Below are positions 1-13,795 of a stretch of DNA of 64,000 nt, in pieces. A program made the translations under genes and the position numbers. The stretch is from positions 15,102,644 through 15,166,643 of the forward strand of contig CM120643.1 of the NCBI GenBank assembly GCA_051362555.1, read 5' to 3'. The stretch comes from Lingula anatina (lineage: Eukaryota; Animalia; Brachiopoda). Position 1 is the first letter of the stretch. Every line of letters starts with the position of its first letter. The notes below the pieces were generated by a model that saw only the letters and a list, made by a program, of their open reading frames with translations, ran no database searches and was not told the origin of the DNA.

Positions 1-546
1 TTAAAACAGATCCTTGCCAATGGTTATACCTCAGAAACTGGGAGTGTGCGTGGGGATAGTGCCAAACATAGGAAGAGATATTCTGTTGGTAAGTCTGAAA
101 TATACAAAGCCTAAGTCCCAACCACGTTTTGGATGCACATTTTTTTAGGTTCCTTGCGTCTGGCTAGGACGTAGCTAGATCGCAGGGAAGGAATCAAGTA
201 GCAGCTGTTGATCATGTCAAAAAGTTTCTACGTGCTGTTTGCGTCTTCCAAAAGTCGCACAATGGACGTGCTCCTCACGCACCAACTCCAATGTTTTCCC
301 ATTTTTTTTTTTTTTTTTTTTACCATAGACCACACATAGCAGCCCATATGTTCGGTTGGGACCTAGTCTTAAGCGTAGGGAGAGATTCTACTTTTGTAAC
401 TTTGAGATATATAAACTAAGAGATACTGTTTTGGTAAGTTAGAGATATGTTAACTTAGGGAAAGATATTGTGATAGTGATTACAAGTCAGAAACTTTGGG
501 AGAAAAATTCAACATTTTAAATTAGTAGATATACTTAATTGCTATT

Positions 547-723
547 CAGGCCTGTAGCCAGTGGGGGGTTAGGGGGGTTCGAAAGAACCCTCCTTTCTGC
601 TGGGAAAAGGTGTCCCCTCTAGGTAAAATTTTATCTAGGTACACGAATGTTTCATCATAAAAGGTCCACTTTTTCAGAAAAAAAAAAAAAAAAAACCTTT
701 TGAAATTGCTGGCTATGGGCTTG
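547..723. mobile_element. MITE with ~15-bp imperfect TIRs
   Basis: 5' CAGGCCTGTAGCCAG ... 3' CTGGCTATGGGCTTG (inverted, 3 mismatches), flanked by a CTATT direct repeat (5-bp TSD); G-run and A-run interior. Confidence 0.6.
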
Positions 724-808
724 CTATTGTTTTAGAAAATGTACAACAGCAACATTTCAATATGCTACAAATGTAGAACAGCACAATTTCAATCTGTTTC
801 CTTTGAAA

Positions 809-2070
809 AGGGGTTAATTTGACAGTTCTCTCAAATCGGATTTTTTGTCAGATCTGTTTAGTAGACACTAGACATTAGGAAAAAAAAAACTGTAATAGAA
901 TTGGTTTGAACCGAGAACTGAAAAATTTGATGGAGCAAAAGTGGAAAATTTATTGTACAACTATACCTTCATGTGCAGCAACAGTATATTGTGTTGTTAT
1001 TATACCTTGTTTCAATGTATTGTAATAATATATTGTACAGTGGTAAACCAAGGTGCTTCTTTATCCTCCAGATTATGGACAGGCAAGAGAACGAGGCCGC
1101 AGCATGGCCACAGACTCCGAAGTGTACGACACAGGAGACGATGACGAGATCTTGGAGGCATGTGTGAAGAGCGCAACGTCTGCACCCACGTCTCGCACTC
1201 CCAGGGAAAGGAAACGTGCACGAAATCAACACAGAAAATCATGTGAGCGAACCACTTTGTTGAAGTACATTTATGTCACCCATAACAAACAAGGATTTTA
1301 TAGTATACATTAATTTTTGTCCGACTTTAACAATGATATTAGTCAGTTAAAACTTCATAAAACACAAGTCCTCATTGAATTCATTTTCTTCTTTTCAGTT
1401 GCCTAATTTGATATTTGATTTTATATGAGAAATGATAACTAATAACCACATGTTTGATCTTTTAGTGAGGAGGACACTAAAAAGTGGATTGGATGAAGAA
1501 GAACAGCAGGTATTGAGGCGGTATAACCAGGATTATTACAAATAGAATGACACTGGTTTTGCCATGACTACAGCAAACAGAACAACAGTTTTATAGCAAG
1601 GACTACTATTTATAGAACAATATCGACATAACCTGGTCTTGTAGATCTACATAGGTATAACCTGGACTACTACATAGGGACTTTTTTCTCCAATTTGTGA
1701 TTTGATCACAGTGCTTATGGTGCCTATATGTGAAAGTGCACTGAACTTACCAAATATAACATTGAGTATATTTACTCAGACAAGGAAATGCTGTTGTGAT
1801 TTTAAGGGACATCATTTGGTAGCCTTCTTGACAGCTTGGATCTGATTGGACACTACTGAATGTTAATAGATGTTAAGCCAATTGTGATTGGTGGATTTGC
1901 TGTCTCCTATGGCGATGTGATAAGGGGGTCAATTGACAGTTCTCTCAAAGCAGATTTTTTTATTGCCAGATCTGTTTAGTAGACACTAGAAATTAGAAAA
2001 ACTATAATTAAACTAAATTAGTTTGAACTAAGAACTGAAAAACTTGATGAAGCAACAGTGGAAAATTTAT
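809..2070. repeat. Dispersed ~140-bp direct repeat (809-950 and 1924-2070)
   Basis: Both copies share TTGACAGTTCTCTCAAA...CAGATCTGTTTAGTAGACACTAGA...AGAACTGAAAAA...GTGGAAAATTTA. Confidence 0.75.
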
Positions 2071-4329
2071 CTCCTATTGTTTAACATTGGAAGAGATGAT
2101 CTCGCATTTACGCCAAAGACTAGATTTTTATATGAAATTATGATGGAGGAGACTCAAAATTTGCAATATCTGTTATGTTACTTGATAATCAATATGTGAA
2201 GTCCTTTGAAAAGATGAGGGGTTGGAATAGGGGAGAAGTTCCCAACAGTGCAAGAAAAACAGAAGTGAAAAAGGGGTTTGCTTCAGTTTTCTGAACTCTG
2301 TACAGTGTTGTTGATATTGTATTGAAGGAAGTCAGATTATGTTATTATAATGCAGACACTTATAACACAGTTGTTCATGTTCATATATATATAAAGTATA
2401 TAAATATTAATATACAGATATTTACCTGAAAGTTTTTTGCTGCAGATTCTCGGTGGTTTCACCTACTGAGTTAACTGAGACACAGAGCTGAGGAAAAACC
2501 TCGTATAGAGGTCGCCACTGGTCTACAGCTGATCATGACCCAGTTGGTACGCCAAGTTGCACTGGATATTTATTATATAATTATTATTATTATGTCTGTA
2601 CTGATACATTTTTGTGATGATTCATAATCTCTACCATATTGATCCTTAATGCAGTAGATGAGGTATTGTTATTATTTAAATTTTTATAGACCATGATGGT
2701 GTAAAGCAGTTATTTAATTGTAATTCTGATACCATCGTCATTGTAAAGTATTGAAAATCTCACATTGCATCAAGCAATCTGATGTATTTAACAAAGTCCA
2801 TGTTTTTGTTTATAAAGAATGTTTTGAACATCAAGAAGACTGTTTTTCATTGAATGAAAAAGATAAATAATGCAGAGGGCTTAATAATAGTCGCAAGGTT
2901 CAGAAAATGGGGTATTTATTATTGCAGCACAATAATCCTGTAACTGCAAAAGCAACTGTGCATTTATATTAATCAGGATAGCCCCAGCAAGTAAACCCAA
3001 CTTAACTGTAACAATATGGAAGTTGAAAATGTCTTCTTCATCTTATTTCAAGGAGTAATACCTAATTATGAAAGTAAGGCCAATTTTTATTTTATGATGG
3101 ATTCTCGCATAATCCCTGGCAATATTGTAAATAGTCAAGTTGCACCCTGTATTGTAAGTCAAAGTTCAAAACTGATGTCAATAAAGTGACACCAGAGAGT
3201 TCTAGTCGTACAGTCTGACAAAAAATTTGATGCAATTTGTGTGAAATTGTACTAATTGGACATTATTAGTCACATGCTAACCCACTTCTGACTTTCATCA
3301 TCCATTTACAAAATAATTACGTCCTGGTTGAGAAAGGGATGGTGGAATTTCAACTACTTTATCTTAATAGTTTCACAGATATGGATTTCCATATACCCTC
3401 TGTACAATACCTTTCAGCAGTTTCTTGTCTTAAGCAGGCTTTGACAAAGTCGGTAGGATGTAATTGCTACAAAATAATTTATTTGTTGTAAAATTACTCC
3501 CTAATATTAACAGAGTCAAATGCAGGAGAAGACAAATTTAAGTTCTCTCAAACTGTTCCCAAATAAAATGTATTACATTGGCATTGAAACCATTCACCCT
3601 GAGTTTGACCTTGACCATCATCTTGACCTTGACCCAGATACAATAGTTAATACAGTGGTATTATCTTTCAGGTTGACCTTCAAACTGAAAGAGGCTGACA
3701 TTTCTTTTATTCTGCTAGTTATTTTACCTGTTTCTTAACATGAAATTTAGAACTGTTCATGTACTGTCTTAACTTTTCGCTGTGGTTAAAAACATCTTCT
3801 AAAGATGGAGCCACAAAGGCATTCAAATAAAATTAGATTTTTTATTTCGAGACTCGGATCATTCGGCGGTTCTTGCCATCCAGAATGTTTATTTTGGTCA
3901 ATGTTGATGGTAAGATTTATCAATTTTGTCACACCTTCTGCCGTCAATACCGATACATGCTTTTGTTTGCAGAATTATTCAAGACCAATATCGCGGTAGC
4001 TTAGCAAGTAACAATGCGTCAAGGGTTTTTTTCAGTATAGAGTGTCTTTAAGGAGTTACTACAGTTGCTTATTACGTAAAAGTGTTGCTGTAGCATTAAT
4101 CATCTTTGTAGACTATTCAGTATTGTTAATAGTTCATAACTGGAGTGATATAACAGACGTTTTCTGTCAAATTCACATTTCAGAATATTTATTCTATCAG
4201 TTCTTGGTGGGTGTAACGGAATTAAATAAAGCTGCAGTAGAAATGGATTAATTAATCTGATACCATATCTCAGGCTTTCTTGACGAGACAAGATCTTGTT
4301 CAATATTATAGGCCTTTATTTCATTTCAT

Positions 4330-4690
4330 TACATCATAATGCATTAATCATTATTTCCATGATTACGCTTCACCTGTGGCAGTAGTGACTATACAAAACC
4401 AGTATGCCTGTATGAAATGCCTTATTTATTAAACACATGGCGCTTTGCAATGTTGGCTCAACTCTTTTCACTATTAATTTTCACCAAGGGTGTCGTGTTT
4501 TGCCTTCATATTGCCAACTAAAGTATGACATCGGACTCTTTATGCTTAATATACACCACATATACAAGCTTGGTATCCTAATTGCAAAGGCACCGATATC
4601 AAGTGCCATAGCAATTATTTGGAGACACAATAATGCAAAAGAGGTGTCATTGTCGTTTTGACATTTTGGTGACACTGGCTTTGGCCAGTA
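4330..4690 (-). mobile_element. Possible highly decayed LTR-retrotransposon RNase H fragment
   Basis: Minus-strand peptide AFAIRIPSLYMWCILS..PMSYFSWQY loosely resembles Ty3/gypsy RNase H (DAS..G.VLSQ...PIAYFSR); interrupted by stops and frameshifts; judged by eye only. Confidence 0.2.
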
Positions 4691-5515
4691 CTACAAGAGG
4701 ACACTGTATTCACACTACTGACATGTCTTTTTGATATTGATAAGTTTTTGGCATTACATTTGTGCGCATTTCGCCTACTTCACATACATAAATGTACATT
4801 AATAAATTGTTTCGCATTTTAAACGTGTTTGTTTACTTTGTAATTTATATCTGTATATTTATTTGTTAATTTTTAGAATCACAACAAATGTGTCATGAAT
4901 TCTCAGCTTGCATCAGGAGAGATTGCGTGGGCGAAGTTCTGCAGACGATATTCATCATGTTATTAAGACTGGACAAACGTTTTTAAAGTGTTTTTTTTTT
5001 CAAATTTATAATTTATAATGCAACAACAACAATATAATGCAACAACAATTTATAATGCAACAACAAGAACGCTGGCGTCAATACCATTTTTGTCAAATTT
5101 TTATTTTTCTCATTCTGGTATTTTCAAAGTGTGAACTCTTCTTAACACATTTTTCTTTTCAGTTCGGTTAAAATACTAGCATTTGGCCCATTTTGGCAGT
5201 TAATCTATTCGCTTTCCATCTATTCAGTTTTATTCTAATAATGGGTTTATTGATTTAATCATTACTTTATTTGCATTATGGCAGATTGGAGTAGTGTTTT
5301 AAGGTCGTTTTACATGGTTTTACATTGGGATTCCTATAATAAACAGATCAAAAATGGCAGTTGACCGTGAGCAGAGATGATGTCCGTACAGTTTTTAGAT
5401 AATGTACTGTTGGTTGTTGGTGCTATTCTCATAAATGACTATCAATTTATTTGTATATATGCCAGATACACACACACACATACACTTAATTGCAACAGAG
5501 AAGATAATTTCTGTT

Positions 5516-5533
5516 CCCCTCCAGATGGCGCTA
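5516..5533 (+). promoter_or_regulatory. CTCF-like motif
   Basis: CCCCTCCAGATGGCGCTA matches the core CTCF consensus CCnCnAGRKGGCGCTA. Confidence 0.45.
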
Positions 5534-5814
5534 TAGAACGGTTTGGTTTGTCAAACTAGGCAAAAACTGTTCAGATTGCAGCATGCAGTAGACCATATAA
5601 GGAAGAACCAGTGACCTACATTATGCCATTTTACTTTGGGGTATGTACGGGTCTGAAGCTTAATTTAATTAATTTAATCTAGTGTATTTTAAAACATGAA
5701 GGAAACAAAAGCTTCCTGTGCATTACTTTTTTAGTTCATTGTTAATCAAATTTTGTCTGCCAAATTATGGTAATTGATAAATAAAAAGGGTTGTTCTTCC
5801 TGCCTCCTACCTTG

Positions 5815-8800
5815 ATGGATCATTTGAAACCTGAATCCTTGGAAGAGATGTCACTTCTTCAGTTCCGAGTGACCAGGGTGTGGATGCTAGGCGGACAAGA
5901 TACTAAGTATGTGAATATTTCAGTTTTAACCGATTCAACGTACGAAACGTCTTAAGACAATGATTTTAGGTATTTGTCGTTAACTTCTCTTTAATGCATT
6001 TTAAAAATGGGTTCGACGCCTGCATGTTGAACACTGGGTTTTGCCATCCACCAGTATTTTCCCCACATGATATTTTATGTCCTCCATGCCTCCTTTATTT
6101 CATCACGTACCTCTTGACAGTGAAAATTGCAGTTGTGCCTCATGTTAACTACACAGAATTTTAAATTACATCGGTAGAATTAGTAGTGGGGGTAAAGTTG
6201 TACATGCGAAATAGTCAAGATGGGGGAAATTCTGTTGAATGGCTCTTTTAAAAATTGGGCTGTTTAAATTAGGAGAGGATTTTGAGTTTGTGTTATGTCA
6301 TAATTATGGTACAGCAAAATAGTCATAATTTAACATTAAAGAACAGGATAAAGGTTTAGTAATATACTTCCATTTCTAATTCTGGTATGTTTTCACAAAT
6401 AAAACCATAAAATGTAATATTTCGATCCAATTGAGACCTAGTTAATAGTTACACTGCTTCCTGCGTGACTGATTATGAAAGCAACCATTTTCAAGGCATA
6501 GGGGGCGAATTGCTAGCACCAATTTGCAAGTAATGCTTGAACTTAATTTTGTTATTTCTCATTTATGGCTAATGCCAATATCATGTTGTCTTATCAAAAC
6601 GCTCTTTCCAAAGCAATTTTTCATGATTTTTTACCTCCAAATTTTTAAGCCTTTGTAAAAATATCAATACGCAGCACATTTAACACCGTATAGTCATTAA
6701 TAACAAAACTTGTTTTATATCGTCAAAGAATAACCCCACCCCCCGGCCCCATTTCGATTTCTGAAAAAAAAAAACACACAGATATTCCCCTCTTTAAATT
6801 GGAATTTTGACTAGCTGAATCACAATTCTAAACTGTACCAAATATCAAAATACCAAATTTTTTCGGGTCCCGAACCCCACGACAAGGGGATCGACTTCCC
6901 AACCGCGGACCCCCCTTCAAAAATCGTGCATCCGCCTCAGCGCCCCTTAGGCCTTTAAACGTGTTTTACTATAATATTTTAAATCTCAGTTAGCCTCTGT
7001 AATGTTTGTAAAACTATTTGCGATATTCTTCAGCTAGACTGCAAATTGTTACTTTACGTTTATTTCAATGCAAATATAATGCTCAAAATACGGAAAACTT
7101 GTTTTTTTAGTCCAGGAAAACTCACAAAGCTCAATTTGACCTTTCTATCAAAAGACGAAGAAGACAACCTTGAAAACTCTGTTCACGTAAGTTTGCACAT
7201 TTGTTGATTTGTTACTTTTTCGCGTCCTTTAAAATACTTTGAAGAAAAATAAATCGCACTGAAGTAGTCTTACGTTTTTGATCTTACAAATAATACGTAA
7301 TCAATTCAATCCATTTTAAAAATAGTTAAATGCTTAGTTGTCAATATTCTATCGAAAGATTAAAAATTTTCAGATTTTTTATTTTCTAAATGGCGAGCAT
7401 TTCACTCGTCACTCGGAACTTGGCATTTACAATATTTTCGCTCGCCCCTGGAAATAAATTTTTAATTTTGAAGGCAGGCAATCCGGGTTAGACCAAAGCA
7501 AAAAAATTGGGAAATTTCAGCAATTTTCTCTCTAGGTTTACTACGAAAACTACGATCTGGAAACCCCTTTTGGGTTTCCAAATTTCTATTATTCTATCGC
7601 CATGTGTGAAAGTCGCAAGCCTTAATCTCCATAGCGAGGTTACTTTAACTCGTATCTGCATCATCTTTTGAAGATTGGAAACTTGCTGTCTTGTTGACTG
7701 AAAAGTGTCATTTTTACAGACTGCAATCGATCATTTTGGTTGTGTATCGGAGTATATAAAGTTCACACATTTAAGACTCAATTTGCGAAAATTACATGTA
7801 GTTGAAAACTGATTTGGCTAACCCAAGTCTACCGGTTAAACTGTGCATAAAAAGAACGTAGATATATTAAACGATTTTTGTTATCTAAATTTGCTCATCT
7901 GGATTGTAATCTTAATATTACTGATTTTTTAAAAGTTAAGGTGAGTAGCATGTGCAATATTTTTTTTAATTATTTGTTAACTATGACTTGCATTCGTGAC
8001 ATTAATTTGTTGAACAGATCTCACTTTTGCATATAGTTGAAGGGAACAATATTACTATAATATTTTAAATCTCTGTTAGCCTCTGTGATGTTTGTAAAAC
8101 TATTTGCGATATTCATCAGCTAGACAGCAAGTTGTGACTTTACGTTTATTTCAATGCAAATATAATGCTCAAAATACGGAAAACTTGTTTTTTTAGTCCA
8201 GGAAAACTCACAAAGCTCAATTTGACCTTTCTATCAAAAGACGAAGAAGACAACCTTGAAAACTCTGTTCACGTAAGTTTGCACATTTGTTGATTTGTTA
8301 CTTTTTCGCGTCCTTTAAAATACTTTGAAGAAAAATAAATCGCACTGAAGTAGTCTTACGTTTTTGATCTTACAAATAATACGTAATCAATTCAATCCAT
8401 TTTAAAAATAGTTAAATGCTTAGTTGTCAATATTCTATCGAAAGATTAAAAATTTTCAGATTTTTTATTTTCTAAATGGCGAGCATTTCACTCGTCACTC
8501 GGAACTTGGCATTTACAATATTTTCGCTCGCCCCTGGAAATAAATTTTTAATTTTGAAGGCAGGCAATCCGGGTTAGACCAAAGCAAAAAAATTGGGAAA
8601 TTTCAGCAATTTTCTCTCTAGGTTTACTACGAAAACTACGATCTGGAAACCCCTTTTGGGTTTCCAAATTTCTATTATTCTATAGCCATTTAAGACTCAA
8701 TTTGCGAAAATTACATGTAGTTGAAAACTTGTTGAGTGAAAAGTGTCATTTTTACAGACTGCAATCGATCATTTTGTTTGTGTAACGGAGTATATAAAGT

Positions 8801-10594
8801 TCACACATTTAAGACTCAATTTGCGAAAATTACATGTAGTTGAAAACTGATTTGGCTAACCCAAGTCTACCGGTTAAACTGTGCATAAAAAGAACGTAGA
8901 TATATTAAACGATTTTTGTTATCTAAATTTGCTCATCTGGATTGTAATCTTAATATTACTGATTTTTTAAAAGTTAATGTGAGTAGTATATGCAATGTTT
9001 TTGTAATTATTTGTTAACTATGACTTGCATTCGTGACATTAATTTGTTGAACAGATCTCACTTTTGCATAAAGATGAAGGGAACAAAGTTTCCCTATATT
9101 CAAAACCTATATTCTGCTTTTTAACACTTCTATCTCAGCAGCATCTTCAGTATATCGGGCAGCAGATGCAGAAATGTTTATGTTCTTGTATGAGAACACT
9201 ATTTATGTTCAGAAATTTACAAAAATTACAATTGTTTGGACTTTAAAACATAAATGCAAAGTGTTAAAAGTACCACCATGATATGTCCCTCCATTTTGTC
9301 TAAGTTTGATAATAACACACGTTGTAATTAAATTGCTAAAATGCATTTTTTCAATAATCAATGTCTCTAGGGGATTATTTCTTTCACATTCCCCTCTAGT
9401 AGAATATTTGAACGTATTGGTTGCTGTTAAATGTTAAATGTGATTTAACATGTAAAGACACAGTAAAAATTAAAAATTAAATTAAAATTGAGACAGTGGT
9501 GGATTTTTGTTCACATATATGTTTTAAAAATTGAATACAATTTTTTTATTATTTTATTTTATTTTTGGACACTTCAGCATGTGAAATGCACCTCTGTGTT
9601 GGGTTAGGATGTAAAGCGTTGTCTTCAGGGCAGATTCCACTAAAGACCAATCACGATTGTAGTGCTGTGAAAAAAATTAGTGATTTTTTTCCAATTTTTC
9701 CTGATATTTCTTGTGTGTTTTGCTAGGGTTAATTCTGGTGTCAATTAACAGGCAAATTAATATAAACTATGCTAATATTTTTTCAGGACCAGACACGGGT
9801 GTCGTGCAGTCGTGAGACCTCTGGCGGAGGGAGCTACTGACTGTGAGCGGTGCAGTGGTTTGTTTACAAACAAGAGGGGTCCACGTGATCAAGTACTGCC
9901 GGTAAGAAAAAAAGCTTTTCAACAGTAAATCTTTGTGCCATTGGGAGTTATGTCAATGTGTCTGCTGCCCATGGTCGTCAATGGGAAATTATTTGGTGGA
10001 TTCTGTCCTGAATTCCTAGGGTGTGATGCATAGCGATGACATTCAATAGTATGCGTAATTACGATCCGCAAATGAAATGGGTTGTCTTTTCATGTGATTT
10101 TTAAGCAAAATAGTTCTAAATGTCTTCTGCATATTTGTTGAAAATTTCTAGACGCAGAGATATTCAGATGAGAAAGACATTATTACAATTTCGACTTAAT
10201 CTGGCTTTCCTCGTATTTTTATATATTTATTATTATCATTATAATTATTATTTACCATTAACTTGGACGTCTGCATTCTAGGACTGCTCTCTAAGAATAT
10301 TATTCATTCATTTTGGATCATGTTTAACATAAGACAACCTTGACTTATTTCCTGCTTGCCTATATTTTGGACAAGCCAACGCGTGCTTAAATCACTCTAT
10401 CCCGTGTGATTTATCATTCATTGCTGAAAATTTAAGAGCCGTTCAGATTAAATAAAAAATTGCTAAAAATAATTTTCTCATTTCAGAAACCCACCGAGGT
10501 ACAGTTCAACATGCGTCTGCTAGCAGCCTTACCTTTGGTTCACATTCAGGAACTCTACGCCTATTCAGGCATTTATTTTATGAGAATTGAATAA
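5815..10594 (+). CDS. Putative small spliced gene (104 aa) or lncRNA of unknown function
   Basis: Exons 5815-5906, 9787-9901 and 10487-10594 have GT-AG sites and join in frame (MDHLKPESLEEMSLLQFRVTRVWMLGGQDTK-TRHGCRAVVR..DCERCSG..QVLP-KPTEVQF..MRIE*); the stop overlaps AATAAA; no recognised homology. Confidence 0.3.
6966..9086. repeat. Tandem duplication, period ~1086 bp, near-identical copies
   Basis: 6966-8049 is repeated at 8052-9086; the second copy has a local rearrangement near 8685-8730. Confidence 0.95.
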
Positions 10595-11399
10595 ATATAT
10601 TTGTCTGGGATTTCTTGTTATATTTTTACATGAAAAATTATGATATTGATAATAGTAATAGATAGAAAAGGAGTATGAAGGTATAAATATAATAACTGTT
10701 TTAGCAATTTCAAATTCAATCTACCTAATATAATCTGTAAATATTGCCCTTGGTATTGCTTTGACAATTTGCTTTGTTACATGAAAATATTTGAAAGTGA
10801 AATGGTTCAAAAGCTTTGCAAACGTACCTTGTATTAAAAACGATAGTATTTGAGTACTTAAAAATCTAAAGTCTGCTGCAAGGCTATAGGTGAACCAAAA
10901 GATTTTCTATAAACACAGTGTAATTACAAACCAGCTTTTTGAAGTTTAATTTTGTTTCTAAATTTTCCATGTCATGATATTTTCAGTGTACTTTAGAACA
11001 AATTTGCCCATCCTCCGGAATATCATTTTCTCACTTTTCATAATGTAGTTAATTGCTTTTTTATAGAAAGTTCTTTTGCTACCGCCAATTGGACTATCTA
11101 AATACTTGTATATATAATGCAATTACAAATCTGAATAAAATGATCAAGTGAAAAAAAGATTTTGCCGCTTTTTTGTAAATGACATTGACTGTTCCAGGAA
11201 TTTAGACCTTTTATTTTGATGATATAGAACTGCTCAAATGCCCCCCGAGTCCTATTTTTTTTAATCATTTATTCGCATATATTTTACTTGGTCTATTCCA
11301 AATAATGTTCAAATTATTTCCAATTCCTTCATATATTTGTAAGCCAATTTTGAATTCCTAGTAGTCCTATGCAGTAAATGTTCTTACATTCTTTGTCTC

Positions 11400-12025
11400 A
11401 CTTATCACCCCTAAAAATGTAATTGATTGGCCCCACCTGTCACCCCTCAAAACGTAATATACTCATCCCACCTGCCACCCCTTTAATTTAAATGGACTCT
11501 CCCCACCTGTCACCCCTCAAAAACAAAATGGACTCTTCCCACCTGTCACCCCTTAAAATTGAATGGACTCTTCCGACCTGTCACCCCTCGAAAACAATGG
11601 ACTCTTCCGACCTGTCACCCCTTAAAATTGAATGGACTCTTCCCACCTGTCACCCCTAAAAATTGAATGGACTCGCCCCACCTGTCACCCCTCGAAAACA
11701 ATGGACTCTTCCGACCTGTCACCCCTCGAAAACAATGGACTCTTCCGACCTGTCACCCCTTAAAATTGAATGGACTCGCCCCACCTGTCACCCCTTAAAT
11801 TTGAATGGACTCTTCCGACCTGTCACCCCTTTAAATTGAATGGACTCGCCCCACCTGTCACCCCTCGAAGACAATGGACTCTTCCGACCTGTCACCCCTT
11901 AAAATTGAATGGACTCGCCCCACCTGTCACCCCTAAAATTTGAATGAACTCGCCCCACCTGTCACCCCTCGTAAACATAATGGACTATTCCCACCTGTCT
12001 CCCCTCAAAAAACGAATGGACTCAC
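11400..12025. repeat. Minisatellite, ~40-43-bp unit, ~15 copies
   Basis: Unit CC(C/G)ACCTGTCACCCCT-(TAAAATTGAA/CGAAAACAA)-TGGACTC(TT/GC). Confidence 0.95.
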
Positions 12026-12399
12026 CCATGTGTTCTTAAAATTCAGTATATCAATACTACTACTTTCACTTCTGTATCTACAAGATTAAAAAAGGTAAAC
12101 TTCCTCAAAAAGCGTATTTATTCAGGCAAAAACGATTGTCGTTCACAAATGTCAGAGTACAGTTACAAATGATAAAATAAAATTTTCTACTACAATGTAG
12201 ATCATAATGAATAATACAGTAGTAAATAACATTAAATAATCGTACTTTCAACTTGCGATCTGGTGAAAATGCAACTTTACCTTTAAATTTGAAAGTTGTG
12301 ATTTGTAAGCACTTTGAGATTATATTATGGCTTGTCATATTATATTATTTTCATATTCATATTATATTCTATTATTATATAATATTATATTATTATTTC

Positions 12400-13795
12400 A
12401 TATTATAGTATATATGAAACTATGGCATAACATAAGAAAATTGAAGAGAAACTGACTGGTCAAGTGGAATCAAATTAAAGTTTTATCATAAAATCATATT
12501 TTATTATTTATATCGATCAATCCTTATGGCATAATTTGATAAGCAGCAAAGCTGTCAAATGTACAGACAAGAAGCAGAAAATAATGCACAAAATAGGATT
12601 CTGTCAATTCTAATGCAATAATACGTTATGCTTAACTGCATAGTCAACGTCAAATTTTAATTCAAATTTTAATGCACAACAGGTAATACTGATGAAAGTA
12701 AAAACATAAGGATTCAGGCCCATGAGAGTTCATGTTCATACTTAGAAAATGTCAGAATGAGAAAAATGAAAATTTCACAAAAAAATGCATAAATTCAATA
12801 AAAAATGATAATCCGATAGAGCTGGTTTCTAATTTGAGCTGTATGTCAATCCTAAGAATCATTCTTGTAAACAAGAGATAACTGTACTGAAATTGGCTTA
12901 TTTCTATTTATTTTCAACGCCTTTTTTGCATAAAGCAATATAATCAATTTACTGTCATTTTTATATGATCAACTAAGAAAATTGTTGACATAGGAAATAT
13001 ATCAATAGAGCAATTTTAAATTTCCAGTTTGCTCCATTCTGAGATTCTGAACATAGATAATGATTGAATCTGACAAACTGCAATGATGTCTTTCCATTTT
13101 TGACACTTTATTACACAATATATGATAACAGGTTTACCATCATTTTAACAAACAATATGGTTAAGATACAGAGAATGTTAAAAGAACACTTTCACACGTC
13201 TCAATAATGAGACTGTACAGTTAACATGCCTAAGAATCAAATTTGATGAAAAACCACTTGTATACAAAAAAGCATAACTTCATCAAAACTTAACCGATCA
13301 AGCTGATTTTCAAACTCAACCTGTATTTTAGTAAGATTGATCACTCCAGTAATTTTCAAGGCCTATTAGTTTTCCTTGGAATGTGTTATTAGTGTTGCAT
13401 ATATGCTGAAAAAGCGAAAAACAGCACAACTTTTTAAAAAGGCCCGATCATGCTGATTTTCGAATCCGACCTGCGTTTTATGTATATTCATCAGTTCTGT
13501 ATGTATCAAGCCTAAAGGTAAAACGGTTTTCCACTTATCGTGTAATCGGTGTTTCATATATGCTTAAAAATGTGAAGAAAAAAAACAGCATAACTGTTAA
13601 GGAAATGGCCCAATCATGCTGATTTTCGAACTTGACCTGCGTTTTATTAATATTCATCAGTTCTGTAAGTTTCTGTAGTAAAACGGTTTTCCACTTATCG
13701 TGTTTTCGGTGAAAGTGCACGGCGACAGCGACGGCGACGACAGTCGCAGGTGACGGCTATATGTACAGACACAGATGTGTCTGTACATAATAATT
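12400..13795 (+). mobile_element. Helentron-associated (HINE-like) non-autonomous element with ~150-166-bp satellite-like monomers
   Basis: Monomer core GCTGATTTTC recurs at 13302, 13452 and 13618, with degenerate copies upstream; a GCGAC-rich short repeat at 13718-13756; a terminal 14-bp perfect hairpin at 13760-13789 followed by ATAA; left boundary uncertain. Confidence 0.6.

Noticed and set aside
30-2560. Exon-like segments (1072-1240, 2447-2547 and others)
   Set aside because: Could not be joined into a convincing ORF and no homology recognised; may be lncRNA or UTR
11400-12025. CRISPR-like array
   Set aside because: The spacers are short and repetitive rather than unique, the context is eukaryotic and there are no cas genes; it is a minisatellite
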